64,000 nt of DNA from Macrostomum lignano (Eukaryota), in the NCBI GenBank assembly GCA_002269645.1, contig NIVC01002366.1, positions 1 to 64,000 on the forward strand, in the 5' to 3' direction. A program made the position numbers and the translations under genes. Below, one piece after another: positions 60,021 through 64,000 of this stretch. Below the pieces are notes generated by a model, which had not been told where the DNA came from, made no database searches, and saw only the letters and a list, made by a program, of their open reading frames with translations. How positions within the stretch are numbered: position 1 is the stretch's first letter; every line of letters starts with the position of its first letter.

Positions 60021-63000
60021 ATGAGAACCTCAGTCTTAGCATTGCTCCTGCTGATCTTGACTGCAGCTGTGACCACTTTCGTGGTGAGTACCATTAGAGT
60101 CCATTAGCCTCTCTGTGTGACATTTTCACTCCGACTGCGTTTCCTGTGGTGCCACATTGTCACTCCGACTGTGCCCACTGTGGTGCCACATTGTCACTCC
60201 GACTGTGCTTACTGTGGTGCCACATTGTCACTCCGACTGTGCTTACTGTGGTGCCACATTGTCACTCCGACTGTGCTTACTGTGGTGCCACATTGGCACT
60301 CCGACTGTGCTTACTGTGGTGCCACATTGTCACTCCGACTGTGCCCACTGTGGTGCCACATTGTCACTCCGACTGTGCTTACTGTGGTGCCACATTGTCA
60401 CTCCGACTGTGCTTACTGTGGTGCCACATTGTCACTCCGACTGTGCTTACTGTGGTGCCACATTGTCACTCCGACTGTGCTTACTGTGGTGCCACATTGT
60501 CACTCCGACTGTGCTTACTGTGGTGCCACATTGTCACTCCGACTGTGCTTACTGTGGTGCCACATTGTCACTCCGACTGTGCTTACTGTGGTGCCACATT
60601 GTCACTCCGACTGTGCTTACTGTGGTGCCACATTGTCACTCCGACTGTGCTTACTGTGGTGCCACATTTCCCCAACTCTCCCCCAATGTTCCAATCGCCC
60701 ATCACCCACAGACGCTCGCAGATCATCGTCTAGAAGTTACTCAAGCTACCGGAGTTACCGCTACTCATCTTACCGCTACTCGTCTTACCGCTATTCGTCT
60801 TACCGCTACTCATCTTACCGCTACTCGTCTTACCGCTATTCGTCTTACCGCTATTCGTCTTACCGCTACTCGTACAGGTGAGCTACCGATACTGGGAGTT
60901 TGCGGGATGCTCAGTGCATGTTAATTTGCTCTACTCTGAAATCCTTTTAGGAGCCCACTGTACACAAGGCGGTTGTCGTCCAATCTGATGGGCACTCTGT
61001 ACTTCTCGTACGTCAGCCGGTATCCGAGGCACTTCAGCTACAGGCGGAGTGCTGTCGGCAGCTCAGGTGAGCGATTTATTGCCTCGAGAGATGAGAGTGG
61101 AAGAGAGATGAGAGTGGAAGAGAGATGAGAGTGGATGAGAGATGAGTGTGGAAGAGAGATGAGAGTGGAAGAGAGATGAGAGTGCAATAGAGATGAGAGT
61201 GGAAGAGAGATGAGTGTGGAAGAGAGATGAGAGTGGAAGAGAGATGAGAGTGCAATAGAGATGAGAGTGGAAGAGAGATGAAAGTGGAAGAGAGATGAGA
61301 GTGGAAGAGAGATCAGAGTGGAAGAGAGATGAGAGTGCAATACAGATGAGAGTGGAAGAGAGATGAGAGTGCAATAGAGATGAGAGTAGATGAGTGATGA
61401 GAAGCAAGCCATCAGGAATCTCCCAAGCCTCAACCCCACTCATTCCCCTGATCATTCCCCTGATTCCCCATCAGGTGGCAGCTGCACAAACCGCCTGGCC
61501 CTGAGCAACGGAAGCTACGTTGGCTCTTTCAGCTGTCCCTTCCTGGGTGACGAGCCGAGCAGCTGGACAAAATGCTGCGGCTACGAGAATGAGCAGTTCT
61601 GCTGCGACCCGGCCTACGATGAGTGAGTTCAGTAGCTGCTGGCTTCAGTGGCTAGTTACTGATCGCTGATTGGCTGTCGCTGAATGTACATTAGAGAGGC
61701 TAGTTACTGATCGCTGATTGGCTGTCGCTCAATGTACGTTAGAGAGGCTAGTTATTCGAATCGGCTTGTTCCTCCAGCTCGAATCCTCCATCCCCACAGC
61801 TCGTGGGCACTGGCCTCCCAAGGCCTGAGCTTTGTCGCCATCTTCTTCATCGTGGGAGGCTGCCTTACCGGTCTCGCCATTGTCGGCGTACTGATCTTCT
61901 TGTGCGTGAGGAAGGGCCTCTTAAACACCAGGAGACCCGGCGTCATGACCGCGCCTACCGCCGCCACAGCCGGTAAGGCTATAGCAGATCACCGTCAACA
62001 GTTGTCTTTAGACCTGACTTGTTAAAACTGACTGCAAAATATTGCTGCTCCCCTCCCCCCCCCCAGTTGTCACCAGCCCGCCGGTCTCCGTGGCGCCCGT
62101 CCAGGCCATCAGCAAGTGGGTGCCCATGGCTCCCGGCCCTGGGCAGCCGCCGGTCGTTGGTTCGAATCCGCCACCGTATCCAACATCGAATGCCGGGCAG
62201 CCGCCGGTCGTTGGTTCGAATCCGCCACCGTATCCAACATCGAATGCCGGGCAGCCGCCGGTCGTTGGTTCGAATCCACCATCGTATCCAGCATCGAATG
62301 CCGGGCAGCCCATCGGTAATCAGAGTTTATTGGAAATAAACCAGTGACCCCCATAAGCAGAAAGAGAAAATTGATTCCTATAAACACAACCAGAGGACAT
62401 GGACCCCCGAAAACATGAAGGAGGGCATTGAACTTCGATAAGCACAAAGGGGCATTGATCCCCTATAAACACAATCGGAGGGAATTGACACTCCCTATAA
62501 ACACAAATGAGGGCATTGTCCCTATAAACACAAAGGAGGGCATTGACACTCCCTATAAACACAAATGAGGGCATTGTCCCTATAAACACAAAGGAGGGAA
62601 TTGACACTCCCTATAAACACAATTGGAGGGCACTGACACTCCCTATAAACACAAAGGAGGGAATTGACACTCCCTATAAACACAAAGGAGGGCACTGACA
62701 CTCCCTATAAACACAAAGGAGGGAATTGACACTCCCTATAAACACAATCGGAGGGCATTGACACTCCCTATAAACACAATCGGAGGGCAAAGGAGGGCAT
62801 TGACCCCCTATAAACACAAAGGAGCGCATTGACCCCCTATAAACACAAAGGAGGGCATTGACCCCCTATAAACACAATCGGAGGGCATGACCCCTATAAA
62901 CACAAAGGAGGGCATTGACCCCCTATAAACACAAAGGAGGGCATTGACCCCCTATAAACACATAGACGGGCATGACAATTTAACGACAAGGGAAGGTTTT

Positions 63001-63327
63001 AATCTCATTTTGTATTTTTTAAGTTTTCTGAACATTAAAAAATTGATTTTGATTTGATTCTTTTGCAGGAATGGAAAACCAAGGATTCGAACCACCGCCC
63101 TACCCGCTGTACCCGCCATCGTATCAGAATCCGTACGCCAATGCGAGTAAGAGCTATAGTTATTGGTTTCATTTTTATTGCCTTTTCGCCTTCTCGGGCA
63201 TATAATAATCAGAAATTCTGAGAAGCTACTCACAGTAGGTTGGTTGCATGCAGTGTTCTAAAAATGAAAAACTCCAATAATAACGAAAATTACCTCCAAC
63301 TTGGCAGACGCTCCAGATTATGGCTGA
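60021..63327 (+). CDS. Shisa-like single-pass membrane protein (signal peptide, Cys-rich ectodomain, TM, PY-rich tail)
   Basis: Exons ~60021-60083, 60712-60877, 61017-61066, 61475-61622, 61800-61972, 62067-62315, 63069-63146, 63308-63327. Signal peptide MRTSVLALLLLILTAAV; C...FSCP...CCG...FCC; TM LSFVAIFFIVGGCLTGLAIVGVLIFLCV; several PPPY motifs. The exon 1-2 junction needs one extra G or the weaker donor at 60088; all later junctions are in phase. Confidence 0.8.
60115..60668. repeat. 34-bp intronic minisatellite
   Basis: GTGCCACATTGTCACTCCGACTGTGCTTACTGTG, about 16 copies. Confidence 0.95.
61088..61392. repeat. 17-bp GA-rich intronic repeat
   Basis: ATGAGAGTGGAAGAGAG units. Confidence 0.92.
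62370..62965. repeat. ~32-bp intronic minisatellite
   Basis: CCCTATAAACACAAAGGAGGGCATTGACACTC and variants. Confidence 0.9.
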
Positions 63328-63758
63328 GCGATGAAGCATGGAAGACGCTGGCGGCTGACGATTTTTAACGAAGTTGATGAAGCTTAAAAAACAGTTTTAA
63401 CACTTAAAGTGCCGCTTCGGTGATGAGATTTTGTGTTGTCAATTGCAGTTGTAGAATGTTTTTTTTCAAAGCCTGCATGCCGAATCTGTTATGTACTTTA
63501 ATGAAACAAATCAGAACGCTGTTCTTGAACATTACAATTTCAGTTCCACCTGTCTTCTATTGGGTCTTTTCTCTCAGTTTTAATTCTATTCTTTTTACCA
63601 AATTGATGTTTGACTTCTTACCTATTCAGGCTAAAATACACTGACTGCAATTTGTTCAGAGACCAAACAGTTTTCAATAAAGCTGCACTGATTTCCGTTG
63701 CGACTAAAGAAAATTCAGAGATTAGGCCGAAATGAGTTGTTAATGATAATATGGCAGG

Positions 63759-63817
63759 ACCAGACAGACAGACAGACAGACAGGCAGACAGACAGACAGA
63801 CAGACAGACAGACAGCC

Positions 63818-63854
<37 letters not shown>

Positions 63855-63869
63855 CTAAGACAGACAGAC

Positions 63870-63950
<81 letters not shown>

Positions 63951-63959
63951 GACAGACAC

Positions 63960-64000
<41 letters not shown>
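63759..64000. repeat. (CAGA)n microsatellite running to the window end
   Basis: Direct inspection. Confidence 0.97.

Noticed and set aside
62370-62965. TATAAA in every unit of an intronic repeat, as possible targets of the viral TBP
   Set aside because: Short motif, more than 50 kb from the element, with no positional support.

Overview
Eukaryotic (animal) genomic DNA with GT-AG spliced genes and many minisatellites. The style (GC-rich exons, a different 15-47 bp tandem repeat in nearly every intron) resembles a free-living flatworm such as Macrostomum; this is inference only. Positions 1-10718 are the right arm of a Polinton/Maverick endogenous virus. It carries a packaging ATPase, conserved Polinton ORFs, a DEDD-fold nuclease-like ORF, a divergent TATA-binding-protein (TBP)-like gene and a protein-primed DNA polymerase B that appears to be spliced to repeat-rich upstream exons. 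It ends in a hairpin-repeat terminal region and the hallmark ...CTACTACT terminus. The rest is host DNA: a 7-exon fatty acyl-CoA reductase, a KLF zinc-finger gene, a KH-like orphan gene, two intronless class A GPCRs (one surrounded by RFX X-boxes), a small 2-TM orphan, a 4-exon MYND-finger gene whose N-terminal part resembles bacterial DUF1444 proteins, and a Shisa-like membrane protein. No rRNA, tRNA or CRISPR array was found. The most interesting signal is the TBP-like gene inside the Polinton, together with identical TATATAAG boxes in front of element genes. Family assignments come from motif recognition by eye, not database searches. Single-base deletions in homopolymers suggest long-read assembly errors.
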